Shown: in pieces, positions 7,369 through 16,451 of the stretch
Layout of the letters: each line of letters starts with the position of its first letter
Numbering within the stretch: the stretch's first letter is position 1
Source of the DNA: Fastidiosibacter lacustris
Lineage (GTDB): Bacteria > Pseudomonadota > Gammaproteobacteria > Francisellales > Francisellaceae
DNA length: 32,000 bases
Reading direction: 5' to 3'
Assembly: GCF_003428155.1 (NCBI RefSeq)
Contig: NZ_QLIR01000013.1
Coordinates: 17,917 to 49,916, forward strand
Notes under the pieces: model-generated
Databases searched by the model: none
What the model saw: only the letters and a program-made list of their open reading frames with translations
Told to the model about the DNA's origin: nothing
Position numbers and translations under genes: made by a program

Positions 7369-9387
7369 TTAAAACAAGTATTTATCTTTAATTGACTTAA
7401 TTTGGTCACGCACTTCACCTGCTTGCTCAAATTCTAAATTACGGGCATGCTCTTTCATCACACGCTCAAGTTTTTTAACAAGACTCAAGGCTTCTTTAAC
7501 TCCTAGCACCTCATCTAATAGGAGATCTTTGACTTTCTTACGCATACTACTTTCAGCTGTTTTCTTGTTTATTTCAGGAGAGAACCCCAGCATATCACTA
7601 ACACCTTTACGAATAGTCGTTGGTATTATATTGTGCTGTTGATTGTATGCTTGCTGCTTATTACGCCGTCGCTGCGTTTCTTCCATTGCACGCTGCATTG
7701 AGCATGTAATCACATCAGCATAGAGAATGGCTTTGCCAGATACGTTTCTTGCCGTGCGTCCTATGGTTTGAATCAATGAGCGTTCTGAACGCAAAAATCC
7801 TTCTTTATCAGCATCAAAGATGAGTACTGTACTAACTTCAGGCATATCTAAACCTTCACGCAATAAATTAATTCCAACTAAAACATCGAAAACTCCTATT
7901 CGTAGATCGCGAATAATTTCAACTCTCTCAACCGTATCTACATCCGCATGTAAATAGCGCACATTTATGCCATGCTCGGCTAAATAATCGGTTAGATCCT
8001 CTGCCATGCGCTTAGTCAAGGTCGTAATCAGTATACGCTCGCCTTGAACAACTGCCTTATTGATTTCTGATAACGCATCTTCTACTTGAATCGCAACAGG
8101 TCGTACTTCAACCGTAGGATCCAATAAACCCGTTGGGCGCACCACTTGCTCAACAATATTTTGCTGATGCTTTTGTTCATAATCCGCAGGTGTTGCTGAG
8201 ACATATATCGCCTGTCGCACTAAAGCTTCAAATTCATGAAATTTTAACGGTCGATTATCTAAGGCTGATGGTAATCGAAAACCATAATTTACCAAATTTT
8301 CCTTACGTGAGCGATCACCTTTATACATGCCACCAAATTGTGGAATTGTCACATGTGACTCATCGATTACAATAAAAGCATTTTCAGGTAAATAATCCAA
8401 TAGCGTCGGTGGGGGTTCCCCTGACGCACGCCCTGAGAGTAAACGCGAGTAATTTTCAATCCCCGTGCAATAACCCAATTCATTGATCATTTCTATGTCA
8501 TAAAGTGTACGTTGTTCAATTCTTTGTGCTTCAATCAAACGATTTTCCTTTTGAAAATAGGCAATACGCTCTCTTAGCTCTTCTTTTATTTCTTCAACCA
8601 TACTCTTTTGTCTGTCTTTTGAACTGACATAGTGTGTACCTGGAAAAATCGTTGTTCGATAGACTGAATGAATTTTCTTGCCTGTTAGCGGATCAATAAT
8701 CGTTAAGCTCTCAATTTCATCATCAAATAATTCAACACGCACGGCTTCTTTATCTGAATCCGCTGGGAAAATATCGATCACCTCGCCTCGCACACGATAA
8801 GTTCCACGCGTAAAATCCATATCACTACGCTGATACTGCATATCGCTCAAACGCCTTAAAATACTACGTTGATCAATTTCCACCCCCAATTTTAAATGCA
8901 ATAACATTTGCATATATTGCTCAGGATCACCTAATCCATATATAGCTGAAACTGTTGCGACAATAATCACATCTTGACGCTCCAAGATTGACTTAGTTGC
9001 CGACAAGCGCATTTGCTCAACATGTTCATTGATTGATGAGTCTTTTTCAATATAGGTATCTGATGTTGCAACATAGGCTTCTGGCTGATAATAGTCATAA
9101 TATGACACAAAGTACTCCACAGCATTATGGGGAAAAAACTGTCTCATTTCAGCATAAAGCTGAGCAGCTAATGTTTTATTGTGTGCCAAAATCAAAGTAG
9201 GTCGCTGTACATTTTGAATAACATTCGCAATGGTATAGGTTTTACCTGAACCGGTTACCCCTAACAACGTTTGGTGCCTCAAACCATTTTGTAACCCTTT
9301 TGTTAATGAGGCAATCGCTTTAGGTTGATCACCAGCAGGTGGATAAGTTGCTACTAATTTAAATACTTTTTTTATATCTTCTTCCAT
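7369..9387 (-). CDS. uvrB: Excinuclease ABC subunit B
   Basis: 672 aa with GDQP.AI, Walker [23 protein letters not shown], helicase motifs and the C-terminal UVR domain ([11 protein letters not shown]). Confidence 0.97.
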   Translation of the reverse strand: MEEDIKKVFKLVATYPPAGDQPKAIASLTKGLQNGLRHQTLLGVTGSGKTYTIANVIQNVQRPTLILAHNKTLAAQLYAEMRQFFPHNAVEYFVSYYDYYQPEAYVATSDTYIEKDSSINEHVEQMRLSATKSILERQDVIIVATVSAIYGLGDPEQYMQMLLHLKLGVEIDQRSILRRLSDMQYQRSDMDFTRGTYRVRGEVIDIFPADSDKEAVRVELFDDEIESLTIIDPLTGKKIHSVYRTTIFPGTHYVSSKDRQKSMVEEIKEELRERIAYFQKENRLIEAQRIEQRTLYDIEMINELGYCTGIENYSRLLSGRASGEPPPTLLDYLPENAFIVIDESHVTIPQFGGMYKGDRSRKENLVNYGFRLPSALDNRPLKFHEFEALVRQAIYVSATPADYEQKHQQNIVEQVVRPTGLLDPTVEVRPVAIQVEDALSEINKAVVQGERILITTLTKRMAEDLTDYLAEHGINVRYLHADVDTVERVEIIRDLRIGVFDVLVGINLLREGLDMPEVSTVLIFDADKEGFLRSERSLIQTIGRTARNVSGKAILYADVITCSMQRAMEETQRRRNKQQAYNQQHNIIPTTIRKGVSDMLGFSPEINKKTAESSMRKKVKDLLLDEVLGVKEALSLVKKLERVMKEHARNLEFEQAGEVRDQIKSIKDKYLF

Positions 9388-9643
9388 TCTTTCGTACCAT
9401 TACAATCTAATTAATCATATTAAACAGATCATAATAAACACATTAGTAAGTATTTTATAGCTTCCTGAGCTTGGATTACCAAGCTTTTACATTTTTGTCA
9501 TTTTATTGATTAAAAAATCATCATGGCGATTTGATTACATTATTTCAGTATTTTTTACATTAAAAAAACGTTTTTCTCCATATAGAAAAATGCAATAAAT
9601 AACTATGCTAAAAATACCAAAAGGGAAAATAAGGATATTTATC

Positions 9644-9898
9644 ATGAGTCACATAGAAAAATTCATCTACGCTACAGCTGAAGCACGTTACGAAAATGCA
9701 AGAAAAGACCCAACTGATCAACCACGCTTTACATTAAGTATTGTTACAGAAGAAGTCGAACGTGGCTTAATTGAAGCAACTCTTGCTTATACTGGCTTTC
9801 ATCTTACTAATACCGCTGAAGTGTTAGGTATTAGCAGTGCTACGCTCAAAGCCAAAATTAAAAAATATGGTATATTCATGTTAGACTTCTCAAGCTAA
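9644..9898 (+). CDS. Fis-family small DNA-binding protein (HTH_8 type)
   Basis: The C-terminal HTH NTAEVLGISSATLKAKIKKYGI parallels Fis [24 protein letters not shown]. I start it at MSHIEKF (9644), preceded by AAGGA. The track start at 9605 is the alternative. Confidence 0.6.
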   Translation: MSHIEKFIYATAEARYENARKDPTDQPRFTLSIVTEEVERGLIEATLAYTGFHLTNTAEVLGISSATLKAKIKKYGIFMLDFSS

Positions 9899-9982
9899 AT
9901 AATATTCGCTGCTTTACAGAGGCTCATTATTATGGATAGTGTTTTATTTTGTCATAAAAATATGTAAGATATTCAATCAAAA

Positions 9983-10603
9983 ATGGCGAAAATTGATGTA
10001 TGTTGCAGGAATTGCAACTCAATAAAAACAGTTAAAGCAGGTAAAAACCAATTGAAATCTAGTCCAAGTGGTGCGCAAAGGTACCGTTGCCTAGATTGTG
10101 GCAAATACTTTCAACTTGAATATAAAGCACTAGGTCGGCTGCCCAAGATAAAAGAAAGAATTATTGATATGTGTAGCAATAGTAGTGGTATACGAGATAC
10201 AGCACGTGTTTTAAAAGTTAGCACAAAAACCGTGATTAATACGATAAAAAAAGCCTGTAGATTGTTGAAATGTAACTGGAACTTATTAATGAATATAAGC
10301 TCAGTTGTTGTGATGCCACTTATGCTTGAGCTTGATGAGTAATGGTCATATTTTGGAAACAAAAAGAACCAACGATAGCTTTGGTTAGCTATCTGCCATA
10401 AGATAAGTCAAATTGTTGCCTATTATTTTGGTAAGCGTACGCATGAAAGCTCTGAATTACTTTTTATGAAAAGCATGGCAACGATGCTCAAGCGCTTGGT
10501 AGAAGCAAAGCAATATAGTCACAAGTCCAAACGTCCTGGCTTACCAATTTATCTTATTGGCGTTTTTACAGATAAACAAGAAATGTCAACGGCTTTAGAG
10601 TAA
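9983..10603 (+). mobile_element. IS1-family transposase relic (InsA-like zinc-finger/HTH part plus start of the catalytic part), inactivated
   Basis: The N-terminus (CRNCNS...RYRCLDCGKYFQL...IIDMCSNSSGIRDTARVLKVSTKTVINTIKK) matches the IS1 InsA layout (CPSC...RYLCSHCRKTWQL...[30 protein letters not shown]). The same frame continues as ELDE*WSYFGNKKNQR*LWLAI..IVAYYFGKRT, matching the InsB region (.DE.W.YVG.K...RWL..A......VV....G.RT). In-frame stops fall at 10340-10342 (TAA) and 10376-10378 (TAG). The frame ends at 10601-10603, well before a full DDE domain. No inverted repeats identified. Confidence 0.7.
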
Positions 10604-10717
10604 AAAAGTAGATTAAACCTTGACCCTTTTAGAACAAAACAATCTGGCAAAACGAGTTGATCGCTTGCTTTTCCCTGTTATCATAGGTTTGATACGTTTT
10701 ACATACGAGGAAAAATA

Positions 10718-13216
10718 GTGGTGCTTAAGCGTAGTAAAAAAGCTAATACTCCAAAAATAGATAAAAAGGCAACTAAACAAGCTGCTAACCAGGCAAAGCC
10801 TAAAAAAGAAATTAATCAATTATTAGTCGATCGTTTACGTATTGCATGGTTGATACTAATGGGGGCTATTGCCTTGTTTTTACTATTATCACTCTTTTCA
10901 TACAACAGTAGCGATCCAGGCTGGACAATCGTTCAATCACAACTTCATATTTACAACTATGCTGGTATTGTTGGTGCCTACACCGCCAATGTTATTTTAG
11001 CTATTTGTGGTGTATTTGGCTTTCTGATCCCATTTATTCTGGTATATGGTGTATGGCAGCTATTTTTGGAACACAAAAATTTTTCTGAAAGTAGTACACT
11101 TTTGATGCTTGCTCGCTTTGTTGGCATCATTTTACTAATTGGTTCTGGTAGTGGTATCGCCGAAATTACATTATCTGTTTTTACCGTTTATATGCCTGAA
11201 GGCTCAGGAGGTATTCTAGGTCAAGAAGTTGCAAAATATACGGTTTTATATCTTAGCACCACAGGTGGTGTATTTGCATTAATTGCTGCATTTGCACTTG
11301 GCTTAACTTTATTCTCGGGTGGTTTTTGGCTAAGGTCTATTGCGGCACTTATTCGCTTTTTAGCATTACAGATTAAAAATTTTTTCACCTCTACACCCGA
11401 AGAAAAAGCACAAAAAGCAAAAGAACGTGCTCAAAGAAAAATAGAAAAAGAAGTCTTAAGAGCTCAAAAGCAGGAACAAAAACAACTGCAAAAAGAGCAA
11501 AAGGAAGCTGACAAACAGCAAAAACTTGATAGCGATGATAATATCAACATTTTAGCATTCAACGACCCTAATCTGATCCAAGATGACCCTAAGATAGCGT
11601 TACCATACACACTACATGATAATCAATTCACCCTTGTTTCAAATTTGGACGATAATTTTTATGAGGAAGAAGAGCTACCTATTACCACCCCATCTATTAC
11701 TAAACCCTCCAAATCTAAAAAAATAAAACATAAAACTGATAAAATCACAGGTCTCCCTTCTTTAGACCTTTTGGATGATCCCAAAAACCAAAAGGAGCAG
11801 ATATCAAAAGAATTTTTACAAAAAATGGCAACCCTTGTTGAAGAAAAACTTGCCGACTTTGGTATTCAAGTCAAGGTTATTGCTAGCTATCCAGGTCCTG
11901 TAATTACGCGCTTTGAAATTGAACTTGCTCCTGGTGTTAAGGTGAGTAAGTTAAGCGGACTTGCTCAGGACTTGGCACGCTCACTTTCGGCGGCACGTGT
12001 GCGTGTGGTTGAAGTTATTCCAGGCAAACCTTATGTTGGTATTGAATTACCAAACCAAAAACGTGAAATCGTGCGCTTAAAAGAAGTGTTATCACATAAA
12101 AAATTCATCGACTCTAGCTCACCCCTTACGATGGGGCTTGGAGTGGATATTGCTGGGATTCCCGAAACCGTTAACCTTGCTAAAATGCCACATTTGCTTG
12201 TCGCTGGTACCACTGGATCAGGTAAATCAGTGGGTGTTAATGCGATGATTATTAGCATGTTATATAAATCTGCACCCGATGATCTGCGCTTTATTATGAT
12301 CGATCCTAAGATGCTTGAGCTTTCTATTTACGAAGGCATTCCACATTTATTAACTCCTGTGGTAACTGATATGAACGAAGCAGCTAATGCACTTCGTTGG
12401 TGTGTGAAAGAAATGGATCGCCGTTATGAACTTATGGCAGCAGCAGGAGTTAGAAATATCGCAGGATTAAATGAGAAAATTCAAGAAGCTGAAAAATCAG
12501 GCGAATCAATAAAAGATCCACTATGGTTAAAACTTCGCCCAGATCCAAAAGAAGATGCACCAATACTTGAGAAACTACCTTACATTGTCGTGATTGCTGA
12601 TGAGTTTGCCGATATGATGATGGTTGTTGGTAAAAAGGTTGAAGAGCTTATTGCGCGCTTAGCACAAAAAGCACGTGCCGCAGGAATTCACTTGATCCTT
12701 GCAACTCAACGTCCATCCGTCGACGTAGTCACAGGCTTAATCAAAGCAAACATCCCTACGCGAATTGCCTTTCAGGTCTCTTCAAAAATTGACTCTCGCA
12801 CGATCTTAGATCAACAAGGTGCTGAGCAATTATTAGGTCATGGTGATATGCTTTATCTTCCACCTGGGTCTGGAGTGCCAACACGTGTTCATGGTGCTTT
12901 TGTTGATGATGACGAAGTACATCGCGTAGTAGGTGCTTGGAAAGAAATGGGTGAACCTGAATATATTGATGATATAACCGCAAGTGACGAAGAGGTTGAA
13001 GGTGGTGAAGTTGAAGGTGATAGTAATGATCCACTCTACGATGAGGCCGTTAAGATTGTGCTTGAGACACAACGCGCGTCGATCTCAAACATCCAACGAC
13101 GCTTACGTATCGGTTATAACCGCTCCGCACGACTGATTGAAGAAATGGAAGTTGCGGGTATTGTGAGTGAAATGCAGTCTAATGGCATGCGTGAAGTTTT
13201 AATCAAAAGGTCATAA
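10718..13216 (+). CDS. ftsK: DNA translocase FtsK
   Basis: 832 aa with N-terminal TM helices, a K/Q/E-rich linker, the motor domain with Walker A GTTGSGKS, and the C-terminal gamma winged helix ([23 protein letters not shown]). GTG start preceded by GAGG. Confidence 0.95.
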   Translation: MVLKRSKKANTPKIDKKATKQAANQAKPKKEINQLLVDRLRIAWLILMGAIALFLLLSLFSYNSSDPGWTIVQSQLHIYNYAGIVGAYTANVILAICGVFGFLIPFILVYGVWQLFLEHKNFSESSTLLMLARFVGIILLIGSGSGIAEITLSVFTVYMPEGSGGILGQEVAKYTVLYLSTTGGVFALIAAFALGLTLFSGGFWLRSIAALIRFLALQIKNFFTSTPEEKAQKAKERAQRKIEKEVLRAQKQEQKQLQKEQKEADKQQKLDSDDNINILAFNDPNLIQDDPKIALPYTLHDNQFTLVSNLDDNFYEEEELPITTPSITKPSKSKKIKHKTDKITGLPSLDLLDDPKNQKEQISKEFLQKMATLVEEKLADFGIQVKVIASYPGPVITRFEIELAPGVKVSKLSGLAQDLARSLSAARVRVVEVIPGKPYVGIELPNQKREIVRLKEVLSHKKFIDSSSPLTMGLGVDIAGIPETVNLAKMPHLLVAGTTGSGKSVGVNAMIISMLYKSAPDDLRFIMIDPKMLELSIYEGIPHLLTPVVTDMNEAANALRWCVKEMDRRYELMAAAGVRNIAGLNEKIQEAEKSGESIKDPLWLKLRPDPKEDAPILEKLPYIVVIADEFADMMMVVGKKVEELIARLAQKARAAGIHLILATQRPSVDVVTGLIKANIPTRIAFQVSSKIDSRTILDQQGAEQLLGHGDMLYLPPGSGVPTRVHGAFVDDDEVHRVVGAWKEMGEPEYIDDITASDEEVEGGEVEGDSNDPLYDEAVKIVLETQRASISNIQRRLRIGYNRSARLIEEMEVAGIVSEMQSNGMREVLIKRS

Positions 13217-13218
13217 CA

Positions 13219-13881
13219 ATGAGGCAAAAATTTGAAAATATTCTCAAAGACACGCTCTTTATCATATTTAGCATTTTTGCTATTGATTTATGCTTTGCTA
13301 ACAATAATACCGTCTCGCAGCCATCTGAGATAAATTATTCTGAACAAAGCCTTTTTGATAAACTTGCCAAGCTTAAAAACATGCACGCAAGCTTCAATCA
13401 AACTATACTTAACCCACAACAAAAGCTTAAACAACAAAGCCAAGGTGAACTTTGGGTCAGTAAACCTAGCTTCTTTAAATGGCAGGTGCTAAGCCCACAA
13501 AAACAAATGCTATTGTCCAACGGTAAACAACTTTGGAATTACGACGAAGAACTTGAACAAATCACTATTAACGAAGTTCCTAAAAGCATCTCTCAAGCAC
13601 CTTATCTTCTACTTTTAACAGGTGATAGCAAAACACTTAATCAGCTTTTTACTATTGAACGACTTAACGATAACACCTATCGCTTAACGCCAAAAGTCAA
13701 AGATCAATCCTTAATAAAATACATCAATATGACTTTTAAAGGCAATATTCCTACACATATGGTTATTGAAACAGAAACTGGGCAATCTACCAACATTGAA
13801 CTCTTAAATATATCAACTCAACTTATTCCTCAAAGTGTCTTTGAGTTCACACCTCCTCAAGGAGTTGATGTATTGGGATAA
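13219..13881 (+). CDS. lolA: Outer-membrane lipoprotein carrier protein LolA
   Basis: 220 aa with a signal peptide. SFNQT...QGELWVSKPSFFKW...DGKQLWNYDEELEQ...FEFTPPQGVDV is collinear with E. coli LolA, including the FTFTPPQGVTV end. It starts 2 nt after ftsK, the classical ftsK-lolA linkage. Confidence 0.9.
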   Translation: MRQKFENILKDTLFIIFSIFAIDLCFANNNTVSQPSEINYSEQSLFDKLAKLKNMHASFNQTILNPQQKLKQQSQGELWVSKPSFFKWQVLSPQKQMLLSNGKQLWNYDEELEQITINEVPKSISQAPYLLLLTGDSKTLNQLFTIERLNDNTYRLTPKVKDQSLIKYINMTFKGNIPTHMVIETETGQSTNIELLNISTQLIPQSVFEFTPPQGVDVLG

Positions 13882-14037
13882 CTTTATACTTTTATGTAAA
13901 ATTAAGTGGTAAGTATAAAACCTATGTGTAATATATTCTTCACATAGAACAATCCTCAGAAAAAAGAACAAGGCTAAATGGTAAAAACGACATAAGCGAA
14001 AAACTTATATAAGTCAAGTTTCTTCTAAGGGAAATAA

Positions 14038-15234
14038 ATGCACATATTAGAGAATATAAAACATATTGCTGAGTTACCTTTAAACACCCCTGTTAGTATA
14101 TTTACTTTTGTATTACTCCTGATTATTGCAACTAAAATCATCTGCCATTACCTTCGTATTCCGAGCATTGTTGGTCTAATTGTTGCTGGTGTCATAGCAG
14201 GTCCCCATGCACTCAATATTCTTGATCAAAATTTGGCTGTAACTATTTTTGCAACAACTGGGCTTTTGTACATTATGTTTATGGCTGGTCTAGAATTAGA
14301 GATGAAGGAATTTAAGTTACACAAAAACAAAAGTTTGTTGTTTGGGACACTTACTTTCCTTATCCCGTTTTGTATTGGTTTTATAGTATTCCATTATGGC
14401 TTTGATTACAGCATAAGTGCTAGCATTCTAATTTCGATCATGTTCTCAACGCATACGCTTGTTGCTTATCCAATGGTGAGTATCAAAGGCTATGCTACGC
14501 GCCCAGCAGTGGCTATTGCCGTTGGTGGAACAATTATAACAGATACCTTAGTATTACTTATTTTAGCAATTATCACAGGCATACACCATGATAAAAATGA
14601 TATTGCGATGTTTATTACCCTTATCTTTAGTTTTATTGTTTTTAGTTTTATTGCCTTTATCATCATTCCTTATATCGCTAAAAGGTTTTTCTATGCTTTT
14701 GCACGCAAAACAAGTCTCCACTACACTTTTGTACTATTAACCGTTTTTGTCCTTGCCGTTTTTGCCGAAATCATTGGCGTTGATGCCATTATTGGTGCAT
14801 TTTTTGCAGGACTCGCCTTAAATCGTTTTGTAACCAAAAAGCAGAAATTAAAAACTGAGATTCATTTTATTGGTAATACACTTTTTATCCCTGTTTTCCT
14901 GATCAGCGTTGGTATGATTGTTAACTTGCACGTTCTCACAGACATCCATAATGTTGCTACCATAGCAATTACTTTGATTACTGTTGCATTGGTATCAAAA
15001 TGGTTAGCAGCCAAACTTACTCAATGGTGCTTACGCTTGAGCACCATTGATGGCAAACTTATCTTTGGTTTAAGTAGTGCGCATGCAGCTGCAACGTTAG
15101 CCATCATTTTAGTGGGATATAAAACCGAAATTCTAGATAATGCCATTTTAAACAGTACAATTTTGTTGATTTTAGTTAGTTGCTTGGTCTCGTCAACCGT
15201 TACTGCAAGAACATTAAACCAATTTACGAAATAA
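14038..15234 (+). CDS. Cation:proton antiporter (Na+/H+ exchanger/CPA-type membrane domain only)
   Basis: 398 aa, polytopic, with about 11-12 hydrophobic helices. The N-terminal pattern LRIPSIVGLIVAGVIAGPHALNIL is typical of Kef/NhaP-type exchangers. No RCK/TrkA domain. Confidence 0.75.
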   Translation: MHILENIKHIAELPLNTPVSIFTFVLLLIIATKIICHYLRIPSIVGLIVAGVIAGPHALNILDQNLAVTIFATTGLLYIMFMAGLELEMKEFKLHKNKSLLFGTLTFLIPFCIGFIVFHYGFDYSISASILISIMFSTHTLVAYPMVSIKGYATRPAVAIAVGGTIITDTLVLLILAIITGIHHDKNDIAMFITLIFSFIVFSFIAFIIIPYIAKRFFYAFARKTSLHYTFVLLTVFVLAVFAEIIGVDAIIGAFFAGLALNRFVTKKQKLKTEIHFIGNTLFIPVFLISVGMIVNLHVLTDIHNVATIAITLITVALVSKWLAAKLTQWCLRLSTIDGKLIFGLSSAHAAATLAIILVGYKTEILDNAILNSTILLILVSCLVSSTVTARTLNQFTK

Positions 15235-15244
15235 GGATAACTTC

Positions 15245-16411
15245 ATGTTAGCAGACTCTATTATAGATCAAATCGATACTAACTATCTGCAACAGGTACG
15301 CGAACATATTCATATGTATCCTGAGCTTGGTTTTGACGTGTATAATACAGCTACCTTTATTGCTTCTAAGCTTGAAAAATTAGGCTTAAGCGTGAAACGC
15401 AATATCGGTAAAACAGGATTAATTGCTGATTTAATCATCAATCCAAACTATAAAATGATCGCCCTACGCGCAGATATGGATGCTTTACCCATTCATGAGC
15501 AAAACAGCTGTAAGTATAGATCCACCATTGATGGCAAAGCCCATATGTGTGGACATGACGCACATTGTGCAATCGTTTTAACTACAGCACATACTCTAGT
15601 AAGAATAAAAAATCAGCTTAAAGTAAACATACGCTTTCTATTTCAACCTTCTGAGGAAGTGCTCCCAGGTGGAGCCTCGATCATGATTCAAGATGGCGCT
15701 CTTGATGGAGTATCTGAAATATATGGCATTCATGTATTGCCTACAATTGATGAAGGGAAGATCCAAATCTGCCAACCTGTTGCGCTATCGGGGGTTGATC
15801 TGTTTGATATCCATTTTTTAGGTAAAGGTGGACATGCTAGTACACCTTTTACCACTAATGATCCTATCATCATGGCAACACAATTTGTCAACCAAGTGCA
15901 AAGCATTGTCTCGCGTAACTTATCCAGCTTTGATCCGGCGGTTGTATCAGTCACTGCTCTAAACGCTGGTAGTGTTTATAATGTCATTACAGATAAAGCA
16001 GAACTTAAAGGCTGCATTCGTTATCTAAGCCAAGATGCTCGCGAAATTGTAAAAAAGCGACTCTATGAAATTGCTAATGGGATTGCCGTAACTTACGCTG
16101 GTAAAGTGGAAATACGCTATCATAATGGTTACCCTGAAACGCGTAATGATGGCACCTGCGCACAAAAATCATTTCAAGCTGCACAATCGGCACTTGGAAA
16201 AGGCAACGTTCTTGTTTCCAATATTCCTTGGATGGCATCTGAAGATTTCTCTTATTTTGCCCATAAGATCCCCGCTTGCTACGTATTTTTAGGCGTACGT
16301 AATGAGTCTCAAGGCTATACTTCTATGGTACATGAGCCAACTTTTGATCTAAGTCTCAACGCAATGGTTTATGGTGTAGTCTATTATTTAGCTTTGTGTT
16401 TGGGGCAATAG
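15245..16411 (+). CDS. M20D-family amidohydrolase (N-acyl-amino-acid/hippurate hydrolase-like)
   Basis: 388 aa with HMYPELGF, ALRADMDALPI, HMCGHDAH, FQPSEE and GGHAS.P motifs of the M20D (AbgB/HipO/IAA-amino acid hydrolase) group. AAGGA precedes the start. Confidence 0.85.
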   Translation: MLADSIIDQIDTNYLQQVREHIHMYPELGFDVYNTATFIASKLEKLGLSVKRNIGKTGLIADLIINPNYKMIALRADMDALPIHEQNSCKYRSTIDGKAHMCGHDAHCAIVLTTAHTLVRIKNQLKVNIRFLFQPSEEVLPGGASIMIQDGALDGVSEIYGIHVLPTIDEGKIQICQPVALSGVDLFDIHFLGKGGHASTPFTTNDPIIMATQFVNQVQSIVSRNLSSFDPAVVSVTALNAGSVYNVITDKAELKGCIRYLSQDAREIVKKRLYEIANGIAVTYAGKVEIRYHNGYPETRNDGTCAQKSFQAAQSALGKGNVLVSNIPWMASEDFSYFAHKIPACYVFLGVRNESQGYTSMVHEPTFDLSLNAMVYGVVYYLALCLGQ

Positions 16412-16413
16412 TT

Positions 16414-16423
16414 TCTATATATC
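16414..16423 (+). repeat. Left copy of 10-nt direct repeat TCTATATATC at the edge of the traG/TA segment
   Basis: An identical 10-mer occurs at 20404-20413. This copy lies 3 nt after the amidohydrolase stop, where traG homology begins abruptly. The sequence is low-complexity, so a chance match is plausible. Confidence 0.25.
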
Positions 16424-16451
16424 ATTAACATCCACGCTCGCACTCTTTGCC

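Noticed and set aside
8133-8375. Plus-strand ORF inside uvrB
   Set aside because: It is antisense to a fully conserved uvrB frame, with no independent support.
9468-9496. Hairpin AGCTTGG-ATTA-CCAAGCT followed by TTTTACATTTTT in the uvrB/fis-like divergent region, a terminator-like shape on the plus strand
   Set aside because: No plus-strand gene or convincing promoter lies upstream for it to terminate. The stem is only 7 bp and the T-run is interrupted. It could belong to an sRNA, but the sequence alone does not support that.
9388-9600. Looked for a LexA/SOS box (CTGT-N8-ACAG) upstream of uvrB
   Set aside because: No CTGT-N8-ACAG is present. The single ACAG (about 9425-9428) has TAAT at the partner position. 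The absence is noted but is not informative without knowing whether the organism has LexA.
10111-10362. Minus-strand ORF 10111-10362 opposite the IS1 relic, and ORF 10613-10819(-) overlapping the ftsK start
   Set aside because: They are hydrophobic and low-complexity, antisense to recognisable coding sequence, and have no motifs.
12031-13072. Three minus-strand ORFs inside ftsK (12031-12258, 12756-13034, 12833-13072)
   Set aside because: They are antisense to the conserved motor and gamma domains of FtsK, so they are shadow ORFs.
13922-13947. Inverted repeat CTATGTG-N12-CACATAG after lolA as a possible terminator
   Set aside because: The loop is large, the stem is only 7 bp, and no T-tract follows, so it is not a convincing intrinsic terminator.
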